Assembly (NCBI GenBank): GCA_041946855.1
Contig: JBHGBE010000001.1
Location: forward strand, 69,346 to 133,345
Origin: Phycisphaerae bacterium
GTDB taxonomy: Bacteria; Planctomycetota; Phycisphaerae; SM23-33
DNA: 64,000 nt
Direction: 5' to 3'
The notes under the pieces were generated by a model that saw nothing but the letters and a program-made list of their open reading frames with translations, ran no database searches and had not been told where the DNA came from. Of this stretch, positions 30,045 to 40,633 are shown in pieces (positions within the stretch are counted from its first letter, which is position 1; each line of letters opens with the position of its first letter). The translations under genes were made by a program, and so were the position numbers.

Positions 30045-33000
30045 CTATTGTGCCGGCGCGGGCGCCGCGATCTGATCGCACAGGCGGGCGTAGTGGCAAA
30101 GCCGGCAGGCGGGGGTCTGGCATTTGATGAATGTCCCGGCGCGGCGGTCGGCGATCAGCCTGTGCGCCAGGTCGCCGACGGATGCTCGTGCCTCTTCCAG
30201 CACGGGCGGTGTGATCTCGATTCGCACTGCCTGGGCCGGGCGGAGGAAGTAGAGCGTCGCATCGGCCGGCGGCGCGCCGAAGTGCCTGGCGGCCGCCGCG
30301 GCGTAGAGAAGCATCTGGAGCCGATAGCGGTCCGCGTGTGCATCCGCGCCCTCGGACCCGACGCGGTCGGATTTGTAGTCAACTATGTGCCACGCGCCGG
30401 CCCCGTCCTGGTACAGCAGGTCGATCTGCCCGCGCAGCACGGCCGGCGAAGAATCCATCACGAAATCAAGCTCGCGGAAGACCTGCCGCGCGCCGGCCAG
30501 CGACGCGGAGAGCGGATGGGCCGCAAACGTAACGAGCATCGCCTTAAAGTCCTCGGCCACGGCCGCCAGGTCTATATCCTCACTCAGCCCCATCTCGCCC
30601 GCCTGACGCCTGACCAGCGAAGCGGCCATGGCCGCCGGCCCATCATAATTACGGATTGCGGATTGCGGATTGCGGATTTCCGCTTCATTGGTCCGGGCCA
30701 AGGAACCGAGGTCGAGATGCTCCATGCAGCCGTGATAGAGCGTGCCCAGGGTCGCCGCGTCGAGTGGAAAAGGGGACATTCTGCTTCTTCCTGCCTCAAT
30801 TGCGGCAGGACTTGGTTCGCGCCCGGGCGCCGGACCAGGCAGTTCGCCGGCAGCGGGGGGGAAAAGTTGAATGTCCCCTTTTCCTGGCAACATGCACTCC
30901 GGCACTCGAAGCTCGTATCGCCAGCGATACAGCCTCGGGCACCGCGAGTACTCGCTGAGGGCCGTTACCGCGATCTCGACCTTGCCACGCGTCGGCGGCA
31001 GAGGGCCGACCAGTCCGGCCATCTCAGCCGCCGGCTTACCCGTCTTTGCCGGCGCCGGCCCAGCCGACTTCAGTATGCCTGCCGTGACATCTTCCGCGCA
31101 CTTGGCCGCGGCGAGTATCGTCTGACCGATGGGCTTCCTCCCGCGCGCCGGCCTGGGCGGCTTTGGCGTGACGGCCTTCACCGATGCCTTGAGCCGCTTG
31201 TTCCCGTATGAGATACTCTCCCGGTCGTTGTCGATCGCGCTCGCAATGCCCAACACGCTGTCCAGGTCGCCCAGGTAGCATCCAGCCTTGAACGGCTCGC
31301 CGTCCTTCCGCGAGTTCGCGCCGACGAGGACGAGATGGTCCTCGTGCCGCGTGACGGCCACGTAGAACTTGCGGATGTCCTCGCGGCGCTGGTCGTCATC
31401 CTCCATCGCGGCTGCAAGCCGGTACGACAGCGGCGCATCCGGCCCTGGGGCCTCTTCATCCGCGGATTCCGGAGATTGCGCCGATTCGTTAGCGCCGCTC
31501 GAAGGGCACTTGTACGTCAGGCCCCAGTCGGAGCGGTTCAGCAGCGCCGGCCGCCCGCCGCGCCGGGCAAAGTTCAGGTCCGGCAGCACGACCACCGGGA
31601 ACTCCAGCCCCTTGGCCTTGTGGATGGTCATAATGCGGACCACGTCCTCGCCCTCCCCCGCCACGGCCGCCTGCTCGAACCGCGACTGGTCGATCACCCG
31701 CTCGCCCATCTCGCCGATGAAGCCCGCCAGCGACGCCGGCCCGGCGGTCGCCGCGCGGGCGTGCTCGATCAGCATTCGCACGTTGCCCAGCATCCGCCTT
31801 CCCTCGAACTGGCTCAGCAGCGTCGCCTCGTATCCGGTCGCCGCGAGCACCCGCTCGATGAGCTGGTCGATGCCGACGGCGTCCTTGATGCCGTGCAGGC
31901 CCCACAACAGTTCCACGGCCGTGCGCAGCGATTCCTGCTGCGGTGCGGTCAGCGCGGGCACGGACGTGGCGACAAGCTTGGGCATGTACGGTGGCCTGAA
32001 GGCCGCCGCTATGTGCATAAGCGCGTTATCGTCCAGCCCGAACAGGCTGCTTCGCAGCACGCCGAAGAACGAGACATCGTCGAACGGGTTGTCGATCACA
32101 CGCAGCGCGTTGAGGACGTCGAAGACCTCCTGCTGGTTGAAGAAACCAGTCCCGGCCACGACGTAGTACGGCACCTCGCGCCGCGCCAGCTCGCGCTCGT
32201 AATCGAGGCTCGCGGTCATGCGCGAGAAGAGGATCGCGATGTCGCGCGGCCGGACGGCCCGCCAGGCGTTGGCGGCCTGGTCCCAGACGAGCTTCTCGCC
32301 GTCGTCGAGCATCTGGCGGATGCGCTGCGCGACGGCCGCGGCCTGGGCGGCCGTCGATTCATCCGCGCGCCTGGGCCGCTCGCCCTCGGCCGTGTTGGCG
32401 ACGATGATCTCGACCGAAGGCCCGCGCTGCGGCGACCCGGCGAACGGACGTCTGGCCTTGATAGGCTCGTAGTCGTCGCCCATCAGCGGCCCGAAGAGGT
32501 GATTGACGAACGCCGCGCCCGCCTCGTGGGTGCGGAAGGACAGGTCAAGCCACTCCTGTTTCCTGGGCCCCAGGCGGCGGCAGAGGTTCTGGAACACCTC
32601 CACCTGCGCGCCGCGGAAGCGATAGATGCTCTGCTTGGCGTCGCCGACGAGGAAGAGCCGGCCGTCGGGCAACTTCGCCTGTGGCGCCCCCAAGCCGCCG
32701 TCTCGCCTGGAGGTGTCACTCATAGCCAGCTCCTGCCAGGACTCATCGGGGAAGATCGCCATCATCAGCAGCGCCGCCTGGAATGAGTCCGTGTCCTGGC
32801 ACTCATCAATGAGAAGCTGGTCGATCTGCTTGCGGACCGACTGGCGGATATCCTCGTTGTCCTCAAGCAGCCGGTGTGCGTAGTAGAGCAGGTCAGTGAA
32901 ATCCAGCATGCCGGCCGCACGCTTCTCGGCGGTGAAGATGGTATTGGCCCGCTGGGCAAGCGATGTGATCGCCGCCAGGGCCTTGGCGGATGGGGCGTCC

Positions 33001-33935
33001 AACTCGCCGAGTTCCTCACCGTACAGAGCGTACTTCCGCGCGGCTTCGAACAGCTCAACCAGGATGTGCCGCATCGCCACGGCAGGCTTTGACATGCCGC
33101 CGATCCGGCCGAGTTTGTCGGGCAATTCCGCAAGCGCGGCCGCACGCGCCGGCGTCGGCTCGCGGAGAAGCGATTCGATCAGGCCGAGCGCCTGACTCCG
33201 GATCGCCAGCAGGTCCTCCTTGACGCCGTCAGTAATCGCGTTCTTCGCGCCGGCCAGCAGCGACGCGATCCTGTCGTCGCGGGCCAGCCTCGCCCACGCG
33301 GCGGCGCGGGCGTACTCGACCATCGTTTTCCACCGGGCCAGCGTCCTGTCCGCATCCGCGTAGTCTTCGGGCCGCCACATCGTGCGGTCGCGCACGAGCT
33401 GCCGGACCAGGTCGACCATCTCGTCGAACGAGACATGCTGGAGCACCTCCGCGACATCCTCCTGCGCCGACTCGACGGCCGTGAGCACCGCCTTGTCGGC
33501 CGCCTCCGCGATCATCCGGCCGACGGTCAGTTCATCGGAGCATACGGCGAAGTTCGGGTCGATGCCCGCCTGCACCGCGTGCGAGCGGAGCAGCGTCGAG
33601 CAGAAGCTGTGGATTGTGGAGATCCGCGCGTCGTCCACTTCCTCCAGCCAGCCGAGGATTCGCTCGCGGCTCTCGCCCTTGGCCCTGGCCGCCAGTTCCG
33701 CGAGCATCGAGCGCACGCGCTGCGACATCTCCAGCGCAGCCTTGTCGGTGAATGTCAGCGCCACGAACCGCCGCAATGGATTCTCATCGCCGGCGGCCAT
33801 GAGCAGCTCGGTGAACCGCCGCGCGAGCACGAACGTCTTGCCACAGCCGGCCCCGCTGCGAAGGGCGAGGTTCTCCCCGATCCGCGTCCGCGCCGCGGCA
33901 TCCTGGGCCGGCGTGAGCTTGGGGGCCTGGCTCAT
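30045..33935 (-). CDS. addA: AddA/AdnB-type UvrD helicase with RecB nuclease
   Basis: [71 protein letters not shown]. Confidence 0.88.
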   Translation of the reverse strand: MSQAPKLTPAQDAAARTRIGENLALRSGAGCGKTFVLARRFTELLMAAGDENPLRRFVALTFTDKAALEMSQRVRSMLAELAARAKGESRERILGWLEEVDDARISTIHSFCSTLLRSHAVQAGIDPNFAVCSDELTVGRMIAEAADKAVLTAVESAQEDVAEVLQHVSFDEMVDLVRQLVRDRTMWRPEDYADADRTLARWKTMVEYARAAAWARLARDDRIASLLAGAKNAITDGVKEDLLAIRSQALGLIESLLREPTPARAAALAELPDKLGRIGGMSKPAVAMRHILVELFEAARKYALYGEELGELDAPSAKALAAITSLAQRANTIFTAEKRAAGMLDFTDLLYYAHRLLEDNEDIRQSVRKQIDQLLIDECQDTDSFQAALLMMAIFPDESWQELAMSDTSRRDGGLGAPQAKLPDGRLFLVGDAKQSIYRFRGAQVEVFQNLCRRLGPRKQEWLDLSFRTHEAGAAFVNHLFGPLMGDDYEPIKARRPFAGSPQRGPSVEIIVANTAEGERPRRADESTAAQAAAVAQRIRQMLDDGEKLVWDQAANAWRAVRPRDIAILFSRMTASLDYERELARREVPYYVVAGTGFFNQQEVFDVLNALRVIDNPFDDVSFFGVLRSSLFGLDDNALMHIAAAFRPPYMPKLVATSVPALTAPQQESLRTAVELLWGLHGIKDAVGIDQLIERVLAATGYEATLLSQFEGRRMLGNVRMLIEHARAATAGPASLAGFIGEMGERVIDQSRFEQAAVAGEGEDVVRIMTIHKAKGLEFPVVVLPDLNFARRGGRPALLNRSDWGLTYKCPSSGANESAQSPESADEEAPGPDAPLSYRLAAAMEDDDQRREDIRKFYVAVTRHEDHLVLVGANSRKDGEPFKAGCYLGDLDSVLGIASAIDNDRESISYGNKRLKASVKAVTPKPPRPARGRKPIGQTILAAAKCAEDVTAGILKSAGPAPAKTGKPAAEMAGLVGPLPPTRGKVEIAVTALSEYSRCPRLYRWRYELRVPECMLPGKGDIQLFPPAAGELPGPAPGREPSPAAIEAGRSRMSPFPLDAATLGTLYHGCMEHLDLGSLARTNEAEIRNPQSAIRNYDGPAAMAASLVRRQAGEMGLSEDIDLAAVAEDFKAMLVTFAAHPLSASLAGARQVFRELDFVMDSSPAVLRGQIDLLYQDGAGAWHIVDYKSDRVGSEGADAHADRYRLQMLLYAAAAARHFGAPPADATLYFLRPAQAVRIEITPPVLEEARASVGDLAHRLIADRRAGTFIKCQTPACRLCHYARLCDQIAAPAPAQ

Positions 33936-36900
33936 GTCGTGCCCTCCGGCGCTTCTTCATCCGCGGCGCGCAGTTCCTGGCGAGCAGGCGAGAACTGGCA
34001 GACCTGCCGGAAGGGGCAGTAGGCGGGGCAACTCCGCCCGGTGGGCAGCAGGTCGAAATGCCCGCGCCGCATCCCCTCGACGAACCGGCCGACACACGCC
34101 ATTGCTTCCCTGCGGGCGTCGGGGAACTTGCCATCCTCGACGAAGACGCCATCCTCGAGCTTCACGGCCGCGAAGTATCGCTCGAACGGACCGTCATCCT
34201 CCGCAACGCGGTGGACTACCCCGCCAAGGCATTCCTTCGCCAGCAGTTCGCCCGCGGCCGCCTGGTAGAGAGGAAGCTGAAGGCTGCGGCCCTCGACGAT
34301 GTCCCTGGCGCTTGGGAGTCGGCCGGTCTTGTAGTCGATAACGAGGATGGCCGGCCGCCCTTCGATGTCGAGGAGGTCCACGCGGTCGATCTTGCCGGCC
34401 AGGTGTATCTTGCCGGCCGATGTGTCGATGGCGACGCTCGTGGGCGTGCTGGCGGGGTCAACATCCTCGGCGTCGCGGATGTCGCGCCCGAAGGAGAGCT
34501 CAAAGTGGATGCCTCCGCCGGCCGCGTCGCCACGCGCGCGAATCGTCGCGGCGTAGTGCCGGAGCCGCCGAGTCAGCTCGGCAAGCTGGAGCCGCCAGAG
34601 CAGCGGATACGGCGGGCGCCGCGCCTCCACGCGCGATGCCTCGGCCGATATCGCCTCATCCAGCGCCGCCATCGCATCCGCCTCCGCGATTCCGTTCAGG
34701 CGCACGGGCAGCCCGTGGCGGCCGGCCAGCAGACGCATCCAGCCGAAGAGCACTTCGTGGCAGAATATCCCGGCCGCGACCGCCTCAAGCTCCCGCTGCG
34801 GCTCCTCCAGCGGCGCCAGGCCCAGCACGTGCGTCGCGAAGAACTGCCAGGGGCACTGGCCGTATGTGTTGAACTGGCTGGCCGAAAAGACCGCCTGTTC
34901 GCCGCCGAACCGCCTGCCCAGCGCATCCATCAGCCGCTCATCTGTCAGCCGGCCGTCGAACTCATTGCACGGCCCGCGCTGCCATCGCCTGTGCCTGGCC
35001 CAGATGCCCATCGCGGCGCGGGCAATCTGCCGCGGCGCGGCCGATGCGGCCCACGCCAAAGCGCTCGCGTCAGGGCCGGCGCCCGCGTCGAACAGGCCGG
35101 CGATAGCCGCGTTGAACGCATCGCGCACAGAGGAAATCTCGTCTGCGGGCGGGACAAACTGCCCTTGAGGGATGCGGTGGACAATGCCGCCAGCCTGCGC
35201 CTTGGCCAATCCGCCGGCCGGGCCGACCAACGAAAGGAGGAAGTTGCTCGCGGCCCCCGGCTTGCCGGATGCATCCGACTCCAGGAAGCTGACGGTCAGC
35301 CCCGCATCCGCCCGCGAGACGGCCAGGTAGAACAGGAGCATCTCCCGGGCCAGCAGGTCGCCGCGGCTGTCGAGGCGGATGTCCCTGGCGGCCCAGGCGG
35401 CGCGTTCGGCCTCCCCCACCAGCGGGCTATCGGTGAAGCGCCGCGGGAACTGGCCCTCGCTCACGCCCAGCAGGAACACGTGGTCGTAGCGGATCGCGCG
35501 GGCGTCCAGCACGTCCAGCACGTCGACCATCGCCTCGCCACGCGGGCCGGGGCACGATATCGCCGCCAGCGCCTCGCGAATGTCGGCCAGCGGCGGGCTG
35601 GCGGCACTACCAGAGGAGTCCTCGCGCATTGCGGCCAACGCATCCTGCAAGGCAGCCAGCGCCCGCAGGTCGCGCGCCACGATGACCGGATCGCCCCCGG
35701 CAAGCGCGGCCGTCCGAAGGTCGAGCGCCTCGACCAGTCCGGCCAGGTCGCATCGCTCGCAGACATCGAAGAGCTTCTCCAGCATCTGCGCCGCGGCCGT
35801 CAGTTCATCGCCCGTGGCCACGAGCGGCCCCAGCGCGATGCCCTTGGCCTCCTCGTCATCCTCTGCGGCCGCGGCACGCTGCGCCTCCAGCCGCCGCGCC
35901 AGACGCTTGACCGCATCCGCATAGGCCTGCCGACCGGACAGGACGTTGCCCTCACGGATGAGCATCTCGGCGGCCGCGACGGTTGATGCATCGAACGGCC
36001 CCAGCGCCTGCGGCCGGAAGTAGCTGTTCTTGATGACGCGAAGCACGTCGCCGAAGGCCAGCTCCGGCGATATCGTCGCCGCGTCGAGTGCGAACCGCAC
36101 GAGCGGCACATCCGTGAGCATCGTCGGCCCGGCCGCGACGGGAATGTCGTGCGCCGCGAAGATTCGCTCGATGGCCGGCCGGTATTCATCCATCGAGCGG
36201 GCCAGCACGGCGATCCGCACGGGCTTGCCCTCCGCGACGAGCATCGCCTTGATGCGCCTCGCGACGGCCGACACCTCCGCCTCAACACCCGCGGCCGCGA
36301 TGATGTTGAAGCCACCAGGGAACGCCTCCGCACGGGCGTCGATGTCGAAGACCTCCTTCCACAAGCTGCTCAGCGGGACGCCCAGGTTGTCGTCGGCGGG
36401 TGTATGCGGCAGGCAGTGTATCTCTGTCAAGTCCTGGCCGAAGGCCCTGCGGATGTTCGCCAGCGTCCTTCCCGTCCAGTGCCAGAGCCGCTTCCGGCCA
36501 TCATCCGCGTGGGCCAGCGTGATGAGCAACTTCTCCATGCGCGGGGCCAGCAGCGCGAGTATCTCAAGCTGCGTCGGGGTGAAGTCCGTGAAGCCGTCCA
36601 CCGCCATCGCGGCGACATCCTCCAGCCCGACGGCCGCATTGGGCTGTGACTGCGCGGCCGCGAGGCAATCGCGGGCCTGCCACATTTGGCCCTCCAGGTC
36701 ATACGCGCCGTCGGCTTGAAGGCGGGCCTGATATGCCTGGTAGACCTCCAGGAGGTCCCGCGACTTGTCGGGGCGTGCCGCCTTGGCCGTCGGCCCCAAC
36801 GCCCTTGCCAAGTCCTCAGGATCGACGGCCGCCCGCTTCAGTTCCGCGATCGCCCGGTCGAGCGCCACGATGATCCCCGGCGTATCGGCGACGGCCGCCA

Positions 36901-37285
36901 TCGCCGGCAGCTTCCCCGCCCCGGCCAACTCGCCGACGATCCTCCGCAACAGCAGCCACCGCCGGAACGCCGGCAGTTGCCGCGCCGGATGCCGGCACGC
37001 CGCCAGTATCCTGTCGGCCAGCGCCGCGAACGTCAGCACCTTCGGCGCTATGACCACGCCCCCGGCCGACGCCGCGAGCAGTTGACGCTTGAGGTCCGCG
37101 ACGGCCGGCGAGTTGGGCGCTACGACCATGCACCGCGACGAGCCATCCGCCCCGGCGAAATGCCCGTACATGCCCAGCACGGCCGTCGTCTTGCCCGACG
37201 CCGCCGGCCCGCGCAGCACCACCGCTCGCGACTTGCTGGCGAGAATCTGACCGAAGAGTTCGCTCTTGCCCGGCTCTACCGACAT
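33932..37285 (-). CDS. addB: AddB/AdnA-type partner with PD-(D/E)XK nuclease
   Basis: GPAASGKT, VDGFTDFT, FSASQFNTYGQCP, GKIDRVD..IDYKTG, CPAYCPFRQVC; ATGA overlap with addA. Confidence 0.82.
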   Translation of the reverse strand: MSVEPGKSELFGQILASKSRAVVLRGPAASGKTTAVLGMYGHFAGADGSSRCMVVAPNSPAVADLKRQLLAASAGGVVIAPKVLTFAALADRILAACRHPARQLPAFRRWLLLRRIVGELAGAGKLPAMAAVADTPGIIVALDRAIAELKRAAVDPEDLARALGPTAKAARPDKSRDLLEVYQAYQARLQADGAYDLEGQMWQARDCLAAAQSQPNAAVGLEDVAAMAVDGFTDFTPTQLEILALLAPRMEKLLITLAHADDGRKRLWHWTGRTLANIRRAFGQDLTEIHCLPHTPADDNLGVPLSSLWKEVFDIDARAEAFPGGFNIIAAAGVEAEVSAVARRIKAMLVAEGKPVRIAVLARSMDEYRPAIERIFAAHDIPVAAGPTMLTDVPLVRFALDAATISPELAFGDVLRVIKNSYFRPQALGPFDASTVAAAEMLIREGNVLSGRQAYADAVKRLARRLEAQRAAAAEDDEEAKGIALGPLVATGDELTAAAQMLEKLFDVCERCDLAGLVEALDLRTAALAGGDPVIVARDLRALAALQDALAAMREDSSGSAASPPLADIREALAAISCPGPRGEAMVDVLDVLDARAIRYDHVFLLGVSEGQFPRRFTDSPLVGEAERAAWAARDIRLDSRGDLLAREMLLFYLAVSRADAGLTVSFLESDASGKPGAASNFLLSLVGPAGGLAKAQAGGIVHRIPQGQFVPPADEISSVRDAFNAAIAGLFDAGAGPDASALAWAASAAPRQIARAAMGIWARHRRWQRGPCNEFDGRLTDERLMDALGRRFGGEQAVFSASQFNTYGQCPWQFFATHVLGLAPLEEPQRELEAVAAGIFCHEVLFGWMRLLAGRHGLPVRLNGIAEADAMAALDEAISAEASRVEARRPPYPLLWRLQLAELTRRLRHYAATIRARGDAAGGGIHFELSFGRDIRDAEDVDPASTPTSVAIDTSAGKIHLAGKIDRVDLLDIEGRPAILVIDYKTGRLPSARDIVEGRSLQLPLYQAAAGELLAKECLGGVVHRVAEDDGPFERYFAAVKLEDGVFVEDGKFPDARREAMACVGRFVEGMRRGHFDLLPTGRSCPAYCPFRQVCQFSPARQELRAADEEAPEGTT

Positions 37286-37426
37286 GCCGCCCATTCTGAC
37301 AAGGGACCTCTGCTTTGTCGATTGCCTGGTCTGGAAGCTCCGATTCCTCGGTTGCACCGGTTGCGTTGGCGCGATATGCAAGATAGTCTGCTCGGCGTGT
37401 AGTCCTTACTGCGGGAACAGAGCGGA

Positions 37427-37684
37427 ATGCGAGTCCGTTGGCCGGAATGGTGGGATTAGGAGATCGAGCTGGACTTGCGCATCCTCCGCAGGATGACGAA
37501 GAGGCGTTTCAGCGAGACGGACTTACGGACCATGCTTGCCGACGCGCACAAATATGAGAGGAACGTAGTCCCGGGACGATGGTCGATAACAACGAATTGG
37601 CACGGTAAGCAGTGGCGTATCATCGTTGAGCCAGATGAAGCCGCCAGGAAGCTTGTCGTTATCACGGCTTACGTGATAGGATGA
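37427..37684 (+). pseudogene. DUF4258-like putative toxin with in-frame TAG
   Basis: MRVRWPEWWD*EIELDLRILRRMTKRRFSETDLRTML; TAG at 37457-37459; PGRW..W.IIVEPD..LVVITAY. Confidence 0.65.
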
Positions 37685-37688
37685 TTAT

Positions 37689-37961
37689 ATGACTATCGGG
37701 CAATCACTTGAAGTGAGCGATCGGCATGGCAAGGCACTCGCTGCCTACCTCCATCTTCCCAGCAAGAGCGATGATTACGCGGCGACATCGCGGGAAGCCG
37801 GCCCGGGCCTTGTCGTCGATTTCGCCGCCGACGGTCGGCCCATCGGCATCGAGATTGTCTCCCCGAGCATCGTTACTCTCGACGCGGTCAACCAGGTGCT
37901 AGCCAGTCTCAACCAGCAAACTATCGGCGAAGAGGAACTCGCCCCGCTACTGGCCGGATGA
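37689..37961 (+). CDS. DUF2283-like putative antitoxin
   Basis: AAYLHLP, GLVVDFAADGRPIGIEI. Confidence 0.78.
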   Translation: MTIGQSLEVSDRHGKALAAYLHLPSKSDDYAATSREAGPGLVVDFAADGRPIGIEIVSPSIVTLDAVNQVLASLNQQTIGEEELAPLLAG

Positions 37962-38025
37962 CCCCCTGGGTGCGCCCACGTCTTTCATTTTGTTTCCCGC
38001 TTTCTCGTGATATGCTCTTGCCCCG

Positions 38026-39099
38026 ATGAACGACTACCGCGTCAACCTCGACGTCTACAACGGCCCGCTGGACCTGCTTCTCTACCTCATCCGGCGGGAT
38101 GAGCTGGACATCTACGACATCCCCATCGCCCGCGTCACCGAGCAGTACGTCCGCTACGTCGATCTGCTCCAGCAGGTGGACCCGAACCTCGCCGGGGAGT
38201 TCCTGGTGATGGCGGCCGCGCTGCTGGAAATCAAGACGCGGATGCTCCTGCCGGCCGCGCCGGAGGACCAGGCCGCCGAACAGGGCGTCGGCATCGACCC
38301 TCGGGCCGAACTCGTCCGCCAGCTACTCCAATACAAGGCCTTCAAGGACGCCGCGGGCGACCTGGCCGCCGCCGCACAGCTCCAGGCGATGAAGTTCCCG
38401 CGCCGTCCCGTCACGCCCGGCCAGGACCAGCTTGAGTACGACCTGGAGGACGCGCAGGTCTGGGACCTGCTGGACGCCTTCAGCAAGCTCTTGGCCGCCA
38501 TCGGCCAGCAGAAGCGGGCGCACGATGTCATCTACGACGACACGCCCGTCGAGCTTCACGCGGCCGACATCATGGACCGCCTGTCGCGCGAGGGGGCCAT
38601 GACCTTCGCCCGCGTCTTCGAGGGCCGCACACTGCGGAGCGAGATCATCGGCCTGTTCATCGCTCTGTTGGAGCTGGTCCGCCAGAAGAAGGTCCTGGTG
38701 GTGCAGGACGCCAACTTCGGCCAGATCAGCATCGCCGCCAATCCCGACGCCCCCGCCGACGGGACGTCGGACTACGTCGCGGCGTTCGCGGACAAGGCCG
38801 GCGGCGACGATTCCGCCCAGCCCGCGACCGTCGGCGCGGGCGTCGGGCCGGGCCAAGCGGGCGCCGGGCAGGCGCCGCGGGAAGGCCAGGCATTTCAGAC
38901 CACCGAGGGCGGCGACTTGGGCTCGATGCCCGATGAACCACCTGCCGATGCCGCGATGGACGACAAAGACAAGGCCGACGCCGGCCAGTATGTCTCGGAC
39001 ACGCCGGAAACCCGGGATGAGCCGGGCGAATCAGCCGAATTCCACGACGAGGGCCAAGGCGATGGCGATACTGGAGAGAATCAGGGAATTGGGTCTTGA
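38026..39099 (+). CDS. scpA: Segregation and condensation protein A with long acidic tail
   Basis: YNGPLDLLLYLIRRDELDIYDIPIARVTEQY, GEFLVMAAALLEIKTRMLLP, FIALLELV. Confidence 0.92.
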   Translation: MNDYRVNLDVYNGPLDLLLYLIRRDELDIYDIPIARVTEQYVRYVDLLQQVDPNLAGEFLVMAAALLEIKTRMLLPAAPEDQAAEQGVGIDPRAELVRQLLQYKAFKDAAGDLAAAAQLQAMKFPRRPVTPGQDQLEYDLEDAQVWDLLDAFSKLLAAIGQQKRAHDVIYDDTPVELHAADIMDRLSREGAMTFARVFEGRTLRSEIIGLFIALLELVRQKKVLVVQDANFGQISIAANPDAPADGTSDYVAAFADKAGGDDSAQPATVGAGVGPGQAGAGQAPREGQAFQTTEGGDLGSMPDEPPADAAMDDKDKADAGQYVSDTPETRDEPGESAEFHDEGQGDGDTGENQGIGS

Positions 39100-39586
39100 G
39101 TTGCCCGCGACGGCCGCCCCGCTTGGCGCGTATGTGCCGGCCGTGCGGACGGGCAACCTGGTCTTCACATCCGGCCAACTGCCCATTCAGGCAGGCACGC
39201 TGATCGCGACGGGCAAGGTCCCCGCCCAGGTTTCGCTGGAGACCGCGCAGGCCTGCGCTCGCCAGGCGGCGCTCAATGCGCTGGCGGCCGCCGCGTCCGT
39301 TACCGGCGGTGGCGCGGGCGGTTCCCACGCCGGCGCCTCCGCCGCCAGCGCGTCTGGCGTCGGCGCGACTAGCGGCATAGAGAAGATCGCCCGCATCATC
39401 CGCCTGAACGTGTTCGTGAACTCCTCACCAGGCTTCACCGACCAGGCCAAGGTCGCCAACGGCGCGAGCGAACTGCTGGTCAAGGTCTTCGGCGACGCCG
39501 GCCGTCACACACGCTGCGCCATCGGCGCCAGCGACCTGCCGCTGAACGCGCCCCTGGAGCTGGACCTGGTCGTCGAGGTGGCGTAG
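39062..39586 (+). CDS. RidA/YjgF family protein
   Basis: GAYVPAVRTGNLVFTSGQLP, FTDQAKVANGASELL..FGDAGRHTRCAIG..LPLNAPLE. Confidence 0.88.
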   Translation: MAILERIRELGLELPATAAPLGAYVPAVRTGNLVFTSGQLPIQAGTLIATGKVPAQVSLETAQACARQAALNALAAAASVTGGGAGGSHAGASAASASGVGATSGIEKIARIIRLNVFVNSSPGFTDQAKVANGASELLVKVFGDAGRHTRCAIGASDLPLNAPLELDLVVEVA

Positions 39587-39635
39587 GCGCGGGCGCGATA
39601 GCGGAGCAATTTCGTAGTCTGTCCCTGTGCCTCTC

Positions 39636-40571
39636 TTACGGCTGTGTGCTTGGGCGGCTCGTAGTGACCTCGCCTTCCAAGCCGATGACGTGCGGGCTGG
39701 CTGGGATGTTCGGCTCTGTGCCGGCCGGGCGGCCGCGTGATGGGTCCGGCTTGTCGGGGATGTTGAACTTGATTTCCGTGGACTTGCCGTCGGCGGCCTT
39801 CACCGTCCCAGATGACGCCTTCAAGGTCCCGTCGGCCGCGATGCGGGCGGTCAGCTCCGGGTAATACTCGCGGTCGATCTTCTTCCAGGCGTCGGGGTCG
39901 ATCCGCTCGCGCTGGAGCACCCGCTCCTGGTTTGGTAAGCGCTCCCACCCGCCGTGCTGGTACTCGAAGTACCAGAGCTCCACCCGCCATACTATCTTGC
40001 CGGCCGATGAGTAGAACTCCCGCGTCCGCATCAGCTCGATGAGCATGGTCGCGCGCGGGCCATGCGGCTGGATGTACAGAACGCGCCGCTGCTCCATGAA
40101 GTCCTCGAGTTTCGTCACGTAGTTCATCAGCGCATCGACGTCCTGCTGGCCGAACTCGTGCGGCTCCTCGGGCGGCAGGCCGAGGTCCTTCCGCCGCTGG
40201 GCCGCCAGGGCGAGTAGCCGTGAGTCGGCGAAGTCCAGGTCGATGCCCTCTATCTGCCGGCCGTCGCTGGTGTTGATGACGATGTCGTACGCGGCGTCGC
40301 CGGGCATGTTCTTGAACGTGAACTTGCCCGTGGCCTTGTCGAAGCTGGCCGGCGTGTACGTCTTGCCCGTAACCCTTGAGACGGCCGTAACGCTGTTTGC
40401 CGAGACCTTGCCGGCCGGGGCGATCGTGCCGGTTATGTCGCCGTCCTTGGGCTTGGCCACAAGTGGCGGGTCCTCGGCCAGCTTGTCGGCGGCCAGGCAC
40501 GGGGCGAGGATGGCCGCCAGAAGAAGTGGAACGGCCGGGCCGCGCAAAAATGAATTTGCTTGTACTGTCAT
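39636..40571 (-). CDS. Hypothetical secreted protein
   Basis: Signal peptide, beta-rich N-terminus, host-like codon usage. Confidence 0.7.
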   Translation of the reverse strand: MTVQANSFLRGPAVPLLLAAILAPCLAADKLAEDPPLVAKPKDGDITGTIAPAGKVSANSVTAVSRVTGKTYTPASFDKATGKFTFKNMPGDAAYDIVINTSDGRQIEGIDLDFADSRLLALAAQRRKDLGLPPEEPHEFGQQDVDALMNYVTKLEDFMEQRRVLYIQPHGPRATMLIELMRTREFYSSAGKIVWRVELWYFEYQHGGWERLPNQERVLQRERIDPDAWKKIDREYYPELTARIAADGTLKASSGTVKAADGKSTEIKFNIPDKPDPSRGRPAGTEPNIPASPHVIGLEGEVTTSRPSTQP

Positions 40572-40633
40572 CCGCGTGGATTATACTGAAGGTTCCGCCG
40601 CACGTCCAAGCGGCGCTTGGTAGAAGGAACGCG

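Noticed and set aside
37457-37459. TAG recoding (pyrrolysine or alternative code)
   Set aside because: TAG ends several normal genes here (for example 19862, 45881, 47961); nonsense mutation is simpler
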